Positions 23,018-33,696 of a stretch of DNA of 64,000 bases are shown here, piece after piece. Position 1 is the first letter of the stretch; the number at the start of each line of letters is the position of its first letter. A program made the position numbers and the translations under genes. The notes beneath the pieces are model-generated. The model was not told where the DNA came from. It made no database searches and saw only the letters and a list, made by a program, of their open reading frames with translations. The stretch comes from Candidatus Latescibacterota bacterium (lineage in GTDB: Bacteria; Latescibacterota; UBA2968; UBA8231), in contig CBDAOB010000003.1 of NCBI GenBank assembly GCA_965197905.1, forward strand, positions 416,001 to 480,000, in the 5' to 3' direction.

Positions 23018-24091
23018 CTACCCAAGGCGCGGCAGTACTTCTTCCTTCAGGAGTTTCATGGAGTGGTGCCATGGTTCCTGCGGTTCCCACTCGTGTCCCA
23101 TCGCCAAAAGGACTCCAAAGCCACCCACATCTTCATAGAGCTGCTGTAACTTTGTGGTGGCATCGTCCGGACTGCCGACGATCCAGACGTTGTCGAGCAG
23201 ATATTCGACAGTTACGTCGGAATCCGACATGTCGGGATCCGTTTTCATCATGTCGAGCATCTTCATCTTGGGCAAGAGATGCAAGAAGTAATCTCGGTAA
23301 TCTCTAGCCAGTGTTCCCTCTAACGCGAGCTTCCTCGCCTCTTCGGTCGTGTCGGCGACAAGCACCTCGCGGGCGATGCGCCATTGCGAGCGGTCGGCGA
23401 CCTTGCCGGCTTCGGTAGCTCCCTCTTCAACAGCCGCCCAGTGAGATTGGAGAACCCGTGTCGGCACAAGATTGATGCTCATCGGAAGCCAACCGCGCTT
23501 GCCAGCCGTCACCAGCGTGCCGGATTTGACGGTTACGCCGGCCACGCCAATCGGCGGGTGCGGCTTCTGGTAGGGCTCTAGCTGAAAGCGCAGACCGATT
23601 CCGTCGTCCTCTTCCGGTACGGTAAACCGCCAGTACTTGTGCTCATACAAACCTGGACGGGGATCCTTCCACAGCTGGAGCACGAGCTCGATGGCATCGC
23701 TGGTCATGCTTCGCTGCTCGCCCGTTTTCGGGTCGAACCCGAAAACCTCGAAGTCTCCCGGGAAGCCGCCAGATCCCACTCCCCAGTAGAATCGCCCGTG
23801 GCACATGTGGTCCAATTGAGCGATACGACTGGCAATGACGAACGGATTGTGGTTGGGCATGCAGGTTACGCCGGTGCCCAGGACGATGTCTTGTGTCTGG
23901 TGAATGGCGCTGGCGATCAATAGGTCAGGAGCGGGGATGTTCTCCCAAACGCTGGTGAAATGCTCTCCGATCCACGCCTCTCGAAATCCGAGCCCGTCCA
24001 GAGTGACGATCTGTTCGAGATCGTTGTCCAATCCCTGCGTGTAATCAGCGCCGGGCGGATGCAATGGCATGGTAAAGAATCCGAGTTGCAT
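23018..24091 (-). CDS. Luciferase-like (LLM) flavin-dependent monooxygenase
   Basis: LGFFTMPLHP, AWIGEHF, LGTGV, IAQLDH, PYQKPHPP. Confidence 0.9.
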   Translation of the reverse strand: MQLGFFTMPLHPPGADYTQGLDNDLEQIVTLDGLGFREAWIGEHFTSVWENIPAPDLLIASAIHQTQDIVLGTGVTCMPNHNPFVIASRIAQLDHMCHGRFYWGVGSGGFPGDFEVFGFDPKTGEQRSMTSDAIELVLQLWKDPRPGLYEHKYWRFTVPEEDDGIGLRFQLEPYQKPHPPIGVAGVTVKSGTLVTAGKRGWLPMSINLVPTRVLQSHWAAVEEGATEAGKVADRSQWRIAREVLVADTTEEARKLALEGTLARDYRDYFLHLLPKMKMLDMMKTDPDMSDSDVTVEYLLDNVWIVGSPDDATTKLQQLYEDVGGFGVLLAMGHEWEPQEPWHHSMKLLKEEVLPRLG

Positions 24092-24166
24092 AAGATCTCC
24101 TACCTTATGAAGGGTGCCGTCGGCGTATTACGCCGGCGTCCATTCCGATCGACGTGCTCGTCTCGT

Positions 24167-25039
24167 TCACGACACCTTTGGATTGAGTTTCTGGGTCCAC
24201 TGGTCCATCACTTCTCCGTCGAGCGAGACCGCCTCACCTCGAATCGACGAATCCCCAAGAGTAAAGCCGACGTAACCCTGTCGCTCGTCGAAAACCTTGC
24301 TGTGCTTTCCAAGCGGCTTTTCGCGCATGTGGGCATAGGCGATTTCCGGGGCGCCGGCCATGATCTGCGTGATGCCTCGATACCGTGCACGCTCGTAGGC
24401 ATGGAGGTGACCGCATAGGTAGAGGTCCACACCCCCATCCAGAAGCATCGGCAGCAACGCGCCCTGTTTCACTGCTGCATCAATGTCATACAACCAGGAT
24501 GCTGTGAAGATCGGGTAGTGACCCACTACGATCGTACACCGTGCCTTTCTGGGGCGTTGCAGATCCTGGCGCAGCCAGCGCTCCTGGGCGGTCCCCGCTG
24601 GAAAACCACCCCGGTGCCGGCGGACAACGGTATCGACTGTGACCACGTGCACTCCCCGCATTGTCGTGGCGTAGTAGGTCGGCTTCCCGGCGCGACCTAT
24701 CTGGCGGCAGTACTCTTCTGATGCAGCAGCCGATCCGGTCTGGTCGTGATTACCGATGGCCGATATCACGGGGCAAACGCTCTTCAGAGGTTTCATGACG
24801 CGATGGTAATCCGCCCACATCCGTTTCACGTTCGCCCGCTCTGATGGATCGTCGTTTACGGCGCCGTTGATGTGATCGCCGCCATTGATGACGAAATCGG
24901 GCTTCTCCTCGGCGACCCGCTCGATCAACCGGCGGGCCCGCTCGTCGTTGTCTCGGACAAGCCCGCTGGAATGCCCGAGCTGTGGATCGCTGATGAAAAT
25001 CCAACGCGTGGGACGATCGTTGTTTGGTTTGCTCGGCAT
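24167..25039 (-). CDS. Calcineurin-like metallophosphoesterase
   Basis: ISDPQ, GGD, IGNHD, GHYP, LCGHLH. Confidence 0.85.
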   Translation of the reverse strand: MPSKPNNDRPTRWIFISDPQLGHSSGLVRDNDERARRLIERVAEEKPDFVINGGDHINGAVNDDPSERANVKRMWADYHRVMKPLKSVCPVISAIGNHDQTGSAAASEEYCRQIGRAGKPTYYATTMRGVHVVTVDTVVRRHRGGFPAGTAQERWLRQDLQRPRKARCTIVVGHYPIFTASWLYDIDAAVKQGALLPMLLDGGVDLYLCGHLHAYERARYRGITQIMAGAPEIAYAHMREKPLGKHSKVFDERQGYVGFTLGDSSIRGEAVSLDGEVMDQWTQKLNPKVS

Positions 25040-25185
25040 TATTTAGAACCTTTCACAGGTACATGTGCGGAGCTGTTTGGTGCGCGAATGCCTTGTGCCA
25101 GCAGGTGTGCCTGGAAGGCGCAGCCCGATGACTTGGTGCAACATCGTGCTGCTCGGACGAATATTGCGGACAAGGCTGGCGTAGT

Positions 25186-26583
25186 CTATATCCGGTACGC
25201 GAACAGCTTCGCCTGGAACATCTTCACGCGAATGGCCGCCATCTCGCCGACGCCGGATATATCGCTGTTTCCCTGCCAGGTGACGACCTGGTCCACTTCA
25301 TCTCCCACCAGGCGGTCGCATGCCGCGAAGGTGAAACCCTCGAGTGGGTCCACGTCCGGGCAATCCTTGGCGGGTACAGCCTGCAGCAGCTCTATGCTTA
25401 TCCAGCCACCGGGAGCACAGCGATAGTTCAGGCGTAGTTCCTTTTCCTGGCGAAACACCGTGGGGATGGTGAATCTTCCTTCATTCTCTGCCTCGACGCC
25501 GCAGAGGCGATGGGCGGTCCAGCGCGCCCACCTGTGCTGCGGTGGACCAATCTCTGGAAACAGAGCTTTCTGGTACTCCGGGTCGACGGTGTGCAAGCCC
25601 GAGCGCGACATGTAGGGCAGCGCCCAATAGCCATCCGGAAGCACCACCGGCGGCCGGCGAGGGTAGACCTGGCCTTCCTCTCCGCTTCCCCGCGAGCCCA
25701 CGCTCAGGATGGCGCGGCGCTCAGGGCGCGTCCAGACATGACCATCGCGGCTGAAGGAGATCTGCAAGTCCACATGGTCGGTTACCTGGTGGAAGACCGG
25801 AAGGACCACTACATGAAGGTCTTGCCGTCCCGGATAGGGGAAATAGCAGGTGCCGTAGAACGATATGTCCATGGGGTCCTGGGCGTCGGGATGGAGCAGG
25901 AGTTTGGGGCCTGGCCAGTGGCGGAAGTCCTTGGTCCGTGCGATGCCAACCGCCCGGCGTACGACTTCGGTCTCGGGCACGCCGGTGCCCAGGTTGACCT
26001 CTTCGGGTGCGACTCCCTGAGGCTGCAAGAAGCAGTAGTAGGTCTTGTTGTGCGCGTCGTAGCCCGGAGACATACCGCCGTTCACCGAATAATTGGCAAG
26101 GGGTTCTTCGATCCTGGTCCAGTTGATGCGGTCGGGCGAGACTCTGCCCAACAGCTGACCCTTGAGGATTACCTTGCGACCGGAGTAGGCGCGCCCCTCG
26201 AACTGTTCCGCACGCCAGCACTTGTCTGCTTCATCATGGTCGACTTCCTCACCAGTGTCGCGATCGAGCCAGAATCCCTTGGCGTCCATGGCCTTGTAGC
26301 GCTCTTCGGGGGGGGCGGAGGGATCCTCGAAACCTTCGAGATTCCATTCATTTTCGGGTATGGGTATCGGCTCGCACCTCTGCAAATCTTCAACCCGAAG
26401 ATTCACCCCAAGGGGTCCGTCGAACATGTCGTAGCTTCCCTCGCGGGTGATACTGCGGTGGCCCGGAAAGATTTCCATTACGTCCACCATCGCCAACCAG
26501 GTACCGGGGTTGAACCGGGGGCGCACCCAGTCGCCTGGGAAGTAACTACCGCGTGTTGTGATATCCAGCCATTGGTCGGGCAT
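25186..26583 (-). CDS. Hypothetical protein, glycoside-hydrolase-like beta-propeller plus C-terminal beta-sandwich
   Basis: Asp-box-like SPDRINW, TKDFRHW, SRDGHVW; DPSAPPEERYK; AEN.GRFT...LRLN. Confidence 0.6.
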   Translation of the reverse strand: MPDQWLDITTRGSYFPGDWVRPRFNPGTWLAMVDVMEIFPGHRSITREGSYDMFDGPLGVNLRVEDLQRCEPIPIPENEWNLEGFEDPSAPPEERYKAMDAKGFWLDRDTGEEVDHDEADKCWRAEQFEGRAYSGRKVILKGQLLGRVSPDRINWTRIEEPLANYSVNGGMSPGYDAHNKTYYCFLQPQGVAPEEVNLGTGVPETEVVRRAVGIARTKDFRHWPGPKLLLHPDAQDPMDISFYGTCYFPYPGRQDLHVVVLPVFHQVTDHVDLQISFSRDGHVWTRPERRAILSVGSRGSGEEGQVYPRRPPVVLPDGYWALPYMSRSGLHTVDPEYQKALFPEIGPPQHRWARWTAHRLCGVEAENEGRFTIPTVFRQEKELRLNYRCAPGGWISIELLQAVPAKDCPDVDPLEGFTFAACDRLVGDEVDQVVTWQGNSDISGVGEMAAIRVKMFQAKLFAYRI

Positions 26584-26835
26584 TTTCCACCTCTAGGATT
26601 AAGGGATCGAGCGGCTATAACCAATCGTAGATGGCGTGCTTGCCGTTCTGTTGGCACCCAAAAAAGACAATCGGGTTAGTGTGGTCGCGGCAGGCCACCT
26701 ATCGGTTAGCGATGTGAGATATCAGACTGCGGATTCGGTCTCAGTCAGGATAAACGCTCTTATCGATAGCCAGGGCAAGGGAGACATGCGAGGGGCTACG
26801 CGGTACTGGGGTTGGTCCTCACTCATAGTGTCTTT

Positions 26836-27570
26836 TTACAACTGTTCTTTCTTGATGTCGGCAACGATACGGACAAGGACATCGACGGCAGCATTAATGA
26901 AGCGCTCCCCCTTTTCGGCCGACCCGAAGGTGGGATCCCCATGTACTCCTCTATCGCTCGCTTCGGACATATTCCTAAAGCGTCTTACCTGTCCGGTGTA
27001 CTCCGACTTCATAGGATGGCCGTCTTTTTGGAATCTGTCACTCTTGACCAGATCGGGATGGATTGCCAGCATCATCGAGGTCTCCATCTCACCGGCGTGT
27101 CCCCAGCCGTGTGGGCCCGCTTCCCTAATCTCCCCAACTTCATCGAAGGTAAACCAGGAGGTTCCATACACTTTTGCTTCGGGTAACTCTTCCAGAATCC
27201 TTTGCAGAGCTACCTGCATGTTGGCTACGTTGCCGCCGTGGCCGTTGACGATCAGGATTCGGTTAAAGTCGGCGCTCACCATGCTGGTTACCGTTTCGAC
27301 GATGAGGTTAATGTGGGTCTCCGATTTTGCCGTTACAGTGCCCTTAAACCTCATATGGTGGGGGGAATAGCCGAGCCACTGGGTAGGGAGACAAAGGATT
27401 TCATCGGAAATTTTCTGGTCAAGGCGGTCTACCACGGCTGTAACCTCGGCCGTGTCGGTGATGAAGGGCAGATGGGGGCCGTGCTGCTCCAGAGACGCTA
27501 TGGGATAAACTACCACCGTCTCTCTCGATACCTTCTCCAGATCGGGCCAATTGAGATGTGCCAGCTTCAT
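26836..27570 (-). CDS. Creatininase-family amidohydrolase
   Basis: SLEQHGPHLP..TD, GYSPHH, VNGHGGN, HAGEMETS. Confidence 0.9.
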   Translation of the reverse strand: MKLAHLNWPDLEKVSRETVVVYPIASLEQHGPHLPFITDTAEVTAVVDRLDQKISDEILCLPTQWLGYSPHHMRFKGTVTAKSETHINLIVETVTSMVSADFNRILIVNGHGGNVANMQVALQRILEELPEAKVYGTSWFTFDEVGEIREAGPHGWGHAGEMETSMMLAIHPDLVKSDRFQKDGHPMKSEYTGQVRRFRNMSEASDRGVHGDPTFGSAEKGERFINAAVDVLVRIVADIKKEQL

Positions 27571-27669
27571 GGTTAGCTCTCCTTTCAGGTTTACAGTAGA
27601 ATATATCAGGCTGAAGGGTATTCATTCCCTATCCCACATTGAGGCTAGTCAAGATCACTGATAGAACGC

Positions 27670-28005
27670 TCATGGTTGGGAGCATTTTCGGAATCCACCC
27701 TGGTACACGGGAGTCGCCGCGTCTGCTTCGTAATCGTAGAACGTGCTCGTGCCGTTGACGCCGTCGCCGCGATGAATCGACTGCGCGTGCATGAAGCCAA
27801 GCTCGGGATCGTACGCCCAGATGGGGTGCACCCCATCTGGGCCGGTGCCGGCAACCATGCGCTCGATCTCTTCGCTCGCCGGTATCAGCGTCTCGAGGTA
27901 TTCCCGAATCTCTGCTCTGCGTGACAGTTCATGTGTTTGCATTGAAAACTTTGACCCTGCGAGAGCCCCACTATACCCTATACCCATCAGGCGATCAACT
28001 TGCAC
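27670..28005 (-). pseudogene. Probably truncated hypothetical protein
   Basis: Coding-like N-terminal part (YDPELGF...DGVNGTST.Y.YE) that degenerates abruptly. Confidence 0.35.
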
Positions 28006-28105
28006 TCCCCCCCGAGGTGTGCGACGACGCCCTGCTTGACCACCTAAACATCGAACGATCTCGTCGGCACCGGACCCATCGCGGGTGGCAGCGAATCGAG
28101 GACTG

Positions 28106-29062
28106 ATGGACTTCAGACGACTGACTCCAGAAGAGCGCCAGCAGTGGGACCGCGATGGCTATTTCACTATTGAGGGCGCGCTGTCCGAGGATGAGATGGC
28201 GCGGATCGACGCCGAGATCGACCGCTATGACGAGCTCTCGCAAGAGCACTTTCGCGAAGCTGGTAGCTACCTCGATCTTTCGAACATCGTCGATCGGACC
28301 ATCGACCGATCCAACGGCAATGCCTCACTTCCGACTCAGCCCAATCAGGTCTTCATCGACCTGCTCGACCACTACAATCACCTCGGCATCGTGTGCGAGC
28401 TCATGGGTGCCTCCATCCATGCCCTTGCCACCCAGATAATGGTCCGCCCCCCCAGTCCGAAACCCAAGAGTCGCTGGCATCGCGACACCATGGCGCCCTA
28501 CGGTTTCCCTCCCGCCGACGGCCGTATGACGCTGCAGCAGTTCCGGATCGGCTGGTTTCTCACCGACATGCCGGATGAGGACATGGGCAACTTCTGCGTC
28601 ATTCCGGGATCTCATCGCGAGGGGTTTCCGAAGATCCCCGCGGGCATCGACCACGCCCTCAAGCTGTCGTCGTTCGCTCGCTACGAGGAGCTCGACGATA
28701 TTTGTGAAGGCTGCCCAGGTGCGCGCCAGGTTACTCTGAAGCGGGGCGATGCCCTCGTCTTCCACAACGCCCTCTTTCACGCCGTCTCCCGCAACACGTC
28801 CGACGTCTACCGCCGCAATCTGTACTACGTCTACGGACCATGGTGGGCCCGGCTCAGCGACCGCAACGAGGTGTCCCCCGAAGCCACGGCCATGTGCACG
28901 CCGGTACAGCAGCAGCTCATTGGCGCAACCCTTGAGCCCAGTGCCAACTCACCGGTTCCACCCGACGAGCGCATGCCCCTAATCGAAATGTTTGAGGGTC
29001 GCACCTTCAAGCAGACCTTCGACTACGAGACGGAGCAGTACATTCTCCAGACGCAAACGTGA
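28106..29062 (+). CDS. PhyH-family dioxygenase
   Basis: LTPEERQQWDRDGYF, WHRD, FLTDM..EDMGNFCVIPGSH, FHNALFH; GAGGA RBS. Confidence 0.85.
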   Translation: MDFRRLTPEERQQWDRDGYFTIEGALSEDEMARIDAEIDRYDELSQEHFREAGSYLDLSNIVDRTIDRSNGNASLPTQPNQVFIDLLDHYNHLGIVCELMGASIHALATQIMVRPPSPKPKSRWHRDTMAPYGFPPADGRMTLQQFRIGWFLTDMPDEDMGNFCVIPGSHREGFPKIPAGIDHALKLSSFARYEELDDICEGCPGARQVTLKRGDALVFHNALFHAVSRNTSDVYRRNLYYVYGPWWARLSDRNEVSPEATAMCTPVQQQLIGATLEPSANSPVPPDERMPLIEMFEGRTFKQTFDYETEQYILQTQT

Positions 29063-29161
29063 TGTCCATCCTTCAACCCGTGACCTTCCTGGAGGATTCG
29101 TTTCTCGTAAGAGAACGCATCGTCCCTATCCCGTCGCCGACAACCGCCTGACAACCCAACT

Positions 29162-30490
29162 ATGATCTACCAAAGACTGAAAGAGCTCGAGGACAACGGC
29201 ACGCCCGTAAACGTCGGTCTCATCGCCACCGGAACGTTCGGCGCCCAGATCGTTGCGCAGACATGCCAGATGGTCGGCATCCGCATCGCTGCCATCGCCG
29301 AGCTCGATCCCGAGAAGGCAAAAACTGCCTACGAACGAGGGGGCATCGCCAGAGAGCACATCGCCGATGCCGACGGGTCCGGTGACATCGACCGCGCCAT
29401 CGCCGACGGCCACCCCGCCGTCACCAGGGATTCCGCCGCCCTCATCGAGAGCGACGTCCACGTCATCGTCGAGGCTACGGGCAACGTCGAAGTCGCAGCG
29501 CGGCACGCCAGAGATGCCATCGCAAACCAGAAGCACGTCGCTATGGTTACCGTCGAAGGCGATGTCGTCTACGGGAATCAGCTCAAGAAGCTCGCCGATG
29601 AGGCCGGTGTGCTCTACAGCGCTGCCCACGGCGACGAGCCCTCCATCGCCTTTCAGTTGTGGGACTGGGCCCGCGCCCTCGGTTTCCGCGTCGTCGCCGC
29701 CGGCAAGGGGACGCGGTTCATCACCTCCTTCCGCAAGGCCAACCCCGACGACGTGCCCAGACTCTACGGCTTCACCGGTGAGGACTACAACGCCCAGATG
29801 TTCGGCTCCTTCCTCGACGGCACCAAGCACGCCATCGAGATGTGCGCTCTTTCCAACATGACCGGCCTCGTGCCCGACGTTCGCGGCATGCACTTTCCGG
29901 CCATAGACCTCCGAGAGATGCCGGACAAGCTCTGCCACAAAGACAAGGGTGGAATTCTCGAGAGCGAAGGCGTCGTCGAAGCAGTGAGCGCGGCGCACGA
30001 GGACGACACCCCGGTAGAGCGCAACCTCAGAGGCGGCCTCTACGCCGTCGTCGATGGTCCCGTGCCTGCACTGGTCGAGTGGATGAAGTCTTATGGCGAG
30101 ATCACCGGCATGATCACCGGTGAAAAGAGCGATTACGCCATGATCTACCGGCCTCAGCACTTCGTCGGCCTCGAGATGCCTTTGACGATCGCCCACATGG
30201 TGCTCGACGGGGTTGTGACCGGCACGCCTATCGGTCAGTTCTCGGAGGTTGTCTGCGCCGCCAAGAAACCCATGAAGGCCGGAGAATCCCTGGATGGGGA
30301 AGGTGGTTACTGTGTTTACGGACTGCTCGAAAAAGCCGCTATCGCCAAAGAAGAGAACCTGTTGCCCGTGGGCTTGAGCCAGGGCGCCGAGCTCGTACGC
30401 GACGTCGCCGAAGACGAAATGATCAACTACGACGACGTCGAGCTGCCCAATTCTGTCGCCCTCGAATTGCGCCGGGCGCAGGACGCCTGA
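29162..30490 (+). CDS. Homoserine dehydrogenase-like NAD(P)-oxidoreductase with C-terminal SAF domain
   Basis: VGLIATGTFG, VEATG, GDEP, AAGKG, DGTK.AIEM, LDGEGGY, LLPVGL. Confidence 0.85.
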   Translation: MIYQRLKELEDNGTPVNVGLIATGTFGAQIVAQTCQMVGIRIAAIAELDPEKAKTAYERGGIAREHIADADGSGDIDRAIADGHPAVTRDSAALIESDVHVIVEATGNVEVAARHARDAIANQKHVAMVTVEGDVVYGNQLKKLADEAGVLYSAAHGDEPSIAFQLWDWARALGFRVVAAGKGTRFITSFRKANPDDVPRLYGFTGEDYNAQMFGSFLDGTKHAIEMCALSNMTGLVPDVRGMHFPAIDLREMPDKLCHKDKGGILESEGVVEAVSAAHEDDTPVERNLRGGLYAVVDGPVPALVEWMKSYGEITGMITGEKSDYAMIYRPQHFVGLEMPLTIAHMVLDGVVTGTPIGQFSEVVCAAKKPMKAGESLDGEGGYCVYGLLEKAAIAKEENLLPVGLSQGAELVRDVAEDEMINYDDVELPNSVALELRRAQDA

Positions 30491-30527
30491 TCTCCTCCTA
30501 TGGCCGGAACATTATCAAGACCGAAAT

Positions 30528-30560
30528 GCGTCCCCGATTTTTGGGCGCGCCCTTTTTTCT
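30528..30560 (+). terminator. Possible rho-independent terminator
   Basis: GCGTCC/GGGCGC stem followed by a T6 run after the stop codon. Confidence 0.3.
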
Positions 30561-30608
30561 GCCTTTCTGAGGACAGGTTCGATCCATAATGACCGACGTG
30601 GAGGACAT

Positions 30609-31064
30609 ATGAACGAGACAACGCCAACCGTCCTGTGCAGGATCTGGCGGCAGGCGACCGCCCCCAACGGCTGCGGGCGAGACGCCGGGCTGCTGCTGCT
30701 GCGGGCCACCACTGGTCTGCTGATGTTAACCCAACATGGTTGGGGCAAACTGCAAAGTTACGCCGACAAGGCCGACACCTGGGCCGATCCGATCGGGCTC
30801 GGGGGGCCGACCAGCCTGGCTCTGGCCATCTTTGCCGAAGTCTTCTGTTCCCTTCTGGTCTTTATTGGGTTGACGACACGGCTGGCGGCAATCCCGCTGG
30901 CAATCACGATGCTGGTGGCGGCGGGCATCGTGCATTGGGACGATCCCTTCGGAAAGAAGGAGTTTGCCCTGCTCTTTCTGGTTCCCTTTCTGACCCTGAT
31001 CCTCACCGGAGCGGGACGGTACTCTCTGGACGGCTGGCTGGCGCACCGAAGGCACCCCGACTGA
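30609..31064 (+). CDS. DoxX family membrane protein
   Basis: GLLLLR..G..M..HGWGK, AEV.C.LL..GL.TRLAA, G.GRYSLD. Confidence 0.9.
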   Translation: MNETTPTVLCRIWRQATAPNGCGRDAGLLLLRATTGLLMLTQHGWGKLQSYADKADTWADPIGLGGPTSLALAIFAEVFCSLLVFIGLTTRLAAIPLAITMLVAAGIVHWDDPFGKKEFALLFLVPFLTLILTGAGRYSLDGWLAHRRHPD

Positions 31065-31217
31065 GCTCCACTCTGCCAGAGCACGTCCCTTGCTGGGACC
31101 AACGATAGTGGTGTTGATTCGCCCAATCCTCAGGCTGGGACCGGAGGGCTGGCGACTCAAAGATGTGCGGCTGCGGCTGGACGGTACGGATGCCGACGCA
31201 GGTCGTACTCGCGTCGC

Positions 31218-32312
31218 CTACTCTATGGCACTCGCAGCCGCCTGCGCCTCGCCCCCTACCCGATCCAGCCCCCCGAAATGCCGCTCGACCTGCGGTAGAA
31301 CCTCTGCGGTGAACCGCTCGATGGTGCGCGTGACGCCGTTCGCAGGGATCCCGCCGATCGACATGTGGCAACTGAGGTGGCTCGGCCGGAGCCGTTCTAG
31401 CTGCACGATCATGCGCTCCGCTACCTCGTTGGGGCTGCCGATGTAAGTGGTTGGCAGCATGTCTTCCAATGTCATCTCCTCCGCCGCCACCTGCTCACGC
31501 AGCCACCCATTGTCGAGCTCCACGTAGTCCCCACGCATCGCCGCCACCACCCGGCGGATGAAACGCACGTTGTCTGCCGCCTCAAGAGCTTCGTTGTGGT
31601 CGTCGGTGATGTGCACGTACTGTTGGAAAGCCAGTGGCATGGTCGCCGGGTCCAGCCCGGCCGCACGGTACGTCTCTTCGACGCGGCCGCGATTCTCTAT
31701 CGCGTTTTCCATGGGGATCGCTCCGGCTGTGTTCACGGACACGTAGCCCTTCCGCGCCATGTGCTGCTGGGTCGCCGAATCACGCAGCAGTCCCGCGACA
31801 TAGGTGTCCGGGCTCCTTTGCAGCGGCCGAACACTGAAATACGTCTCCGGGATCTTCAGATACTTGCCCTTGTAGGAGAGCGGTTCGGACTCGAAGAACT
31901 GCCCGACCACGTCCAGGTACTCGACAAAGCGATCGCGGGACTCGTCCAGATCGAGCCCGAACTTGTGGAACTCGTGACGCTGATAACCGCACCCAAGGCC
32001 GACCACCAGGCGCCCGTCGCTGATCTGATCGAGCACCGCAAGGTCCTCGAGCATGCGTAGCGGTTCGTACAGGGGCGCAACGATCACCGCAGGGCCGAGC
32101 TTGATGCTCGAGGTCTGGCCGGCCATGTAGGTTGCCATCGTCAGCGGCGAGGGGCACAGGCCGTAGTTCGAAAAATGATGTTCGGCGAACCAGGCTATCT
32201 CGAACCCGCATGCCTCGGCTAGCTGAACCTGCTCGCGCATATCCGCATAGACCTCGCGGGTCGGCTTGTCCGGGCTGCGATTCGACATCAGGTTGAAGAG
32301 TCCGAGGTGCAT
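31218..32312 (-). CDS. LLM flavin-dependent oxidoreductase
   Basis: AWFAEHHFS, IKLGPAV, LDQISDGRL..GLG.GY. Confidence 0.9.
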   Translation of the reverse strand: MHLGLFNLMSNRSPDKPTREVYADMREQVQLAEACGFEIAWFAEHHFSNYGLCPSPLTMATYMAGQTSSIKLGPAVIVAPLYEPLRMLEDLAVLDQISDGRLVVGLGCGYQRHEFHKFGLDLDESRDRFVEYLDVVGQFFESEPLSYKGKYLKIPETYFSVRPLQRSPDTYVAGLLRDSATQQHMARKGYVSVNTAGAIPMENAIENRGRVEETYRAAGLDPATMPLAFQQYVHITDDHNEALEAADNVRFIRRVVAAMRGDYVELDNGWLREQVAAEEMTLEDMLPTTYIGSPNEVAERMIVQLERLRPSHLSCHMSIGGIPANGVTRTIERFTAEVLPQVERHFGGLDRVGGEAQAAASAIE

Positions 32313-32473
32313 GGCGGTCTCCCGGTGAACGTCTTGGCGGGGTCGGGCGGTCCCGACGTCGATCGGGACAGTACCGTCAACCCCGTCGACTGATCATAGC
32401 CTATGTTTTGAGCAGAGGGGCGTCAACACGGAATTCGCAGCGCCTGAGCCCGAAATCACCGTCCAGACTCGCG

Positions 32474-33430
32474 TCAGATGGCAGGCAACCCGTGCTCTTG
32501 CCTTACGCTGTTGATCGTCTCCTTGATCCCCCGTTCCATCGACCACTCGGAGCGATAGCCGATCTCCTCCTCCACGGGGCCGGTGTCCAACTTAACGGGG
32601 TCTCCGGTAAAGCTGCCGGGCAGCAACGTGATCGCAGCGTCGGGAATGATCTCTCTCACGTAGTCGGCGACCTCTTTCAGAGTGCGGGGATCCCCCATGA
32701 TGGAAAAATTTCTCGTCTTTGTCCTGTGCACCGTGCTGGCCAGCACGGTCGCTCGAGCCGGATCATCCACATAGCTCCAGCCGATGAGGGCGTCGTCATA
32801 AGGAACTCGACCGGGCTTGCCCATTGCCGGATTCAAGACGAGCTCCCGGACCACGGCGCCGAATACTCCCCGGCTCTGGCCGACACCGTAGACCGTCTGA
32901 TACCTGATCCCCGTGATGTCCACGCCATACTGATCAAAGTAATAGTTCGATGCGGATTCACCGAAAGATTTGGTCGCCGCGTAGATATTCGATGGATCAT
33001 GCATGGCATCGTTCGGAATGAACTTCTGAGGATACTTCTCGGGCGGGCCAAAGACGGAGTTCGAGCTCGACCATACCACCTTTTTCAGCCCGAGAATCCT
33101 GGCGGCTTCGAACACGCAGATGGTCCCTTCACAGTTGACCTTCAGGGCCATGGGAGGGTTTGCATTCGCTTCCAGGGTCAGCAGAGAGGCCGTGTGAATG
33201 ATCCTCTCGATACGGTGTTTCGTAATCGTGCGGATGAGATGAGGCAGGTCAGTGACATCACCCTGGACGATAGTGACCATGCTTTCTACTTCGCGGTCAT
33301 TGAGAACCCGCTCCAGAAACGGTATAGACGGTTGCCAGTCATAAACGACCACTTGCCGACCTTCGCGAACCAGGTCGCGAACGATGCGTGATCCAATGAG
33401 ACCCGTGCCACCCGTAACCAGGTAAGTCAT
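32474..33430 (-). CDS. NAD-dependent epimerase/dehydratase
   Basis: MTYLVTGGTGLIG, YAATK; start taken at ATG 33430. Confidence 0.9.
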   Translation of the reverse strand: MTYLVTGGTGLIGSRIVRDLVREGRQVVVYDWQPSIPFLERVLNDREVESMVTIVQGDVTDLPHLIRTITKHRIERIIHTASLLTLEANANPPMALKVNCEGTICVFEAARILGLKKVVWSSSNSVFGPPEKYPQKFIPNDAMHDPSNIYAATKSFGESASNYYFDQYGVDITGIRYQTVYGVGQSRGVFGAVVRELVLNPAMGKPGRVPYDDALIGWSYVDDPARATVLASTVHRTKTRNFSIMGDPRTLKEVADYVREIIPDAAITLLPGSFTGDPVKLDTGPVEEEIGYRSEWSMERGIKETINSVRQEHGLPAI

Positions 33431-33696
33431 GACCGATGCCCCTTTTCCGGAGTTCCCCGGATGAGATAGATTCGCCAGAGTTGAGCTGAGCTGTTTCGAT
33501 CTAAGACAGCGTCTCAAGGCGGAGGGGTGGTGCGTACGATTCGAGGAATTCGTCCCCACCAGGCCATGGGACGCAGGCGTAGCCTACATCACATCCTCGA
33601 CACAGCCCGATCCCCGCTCGATACTATCCATTCGTAGTACGATTACGAGCCTTATGCCGATTTTGATCGGGAACGTTTAAAGAATAACGGCGGACA

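Noticed and set aside
25510..26679. 389-aa + strand ORF (likewise 15914..16846, 29126..30196, 32408..33391, 36797..37924)
   Set aside because: Antisense shadows of well-supported genes in GC-rich DNA
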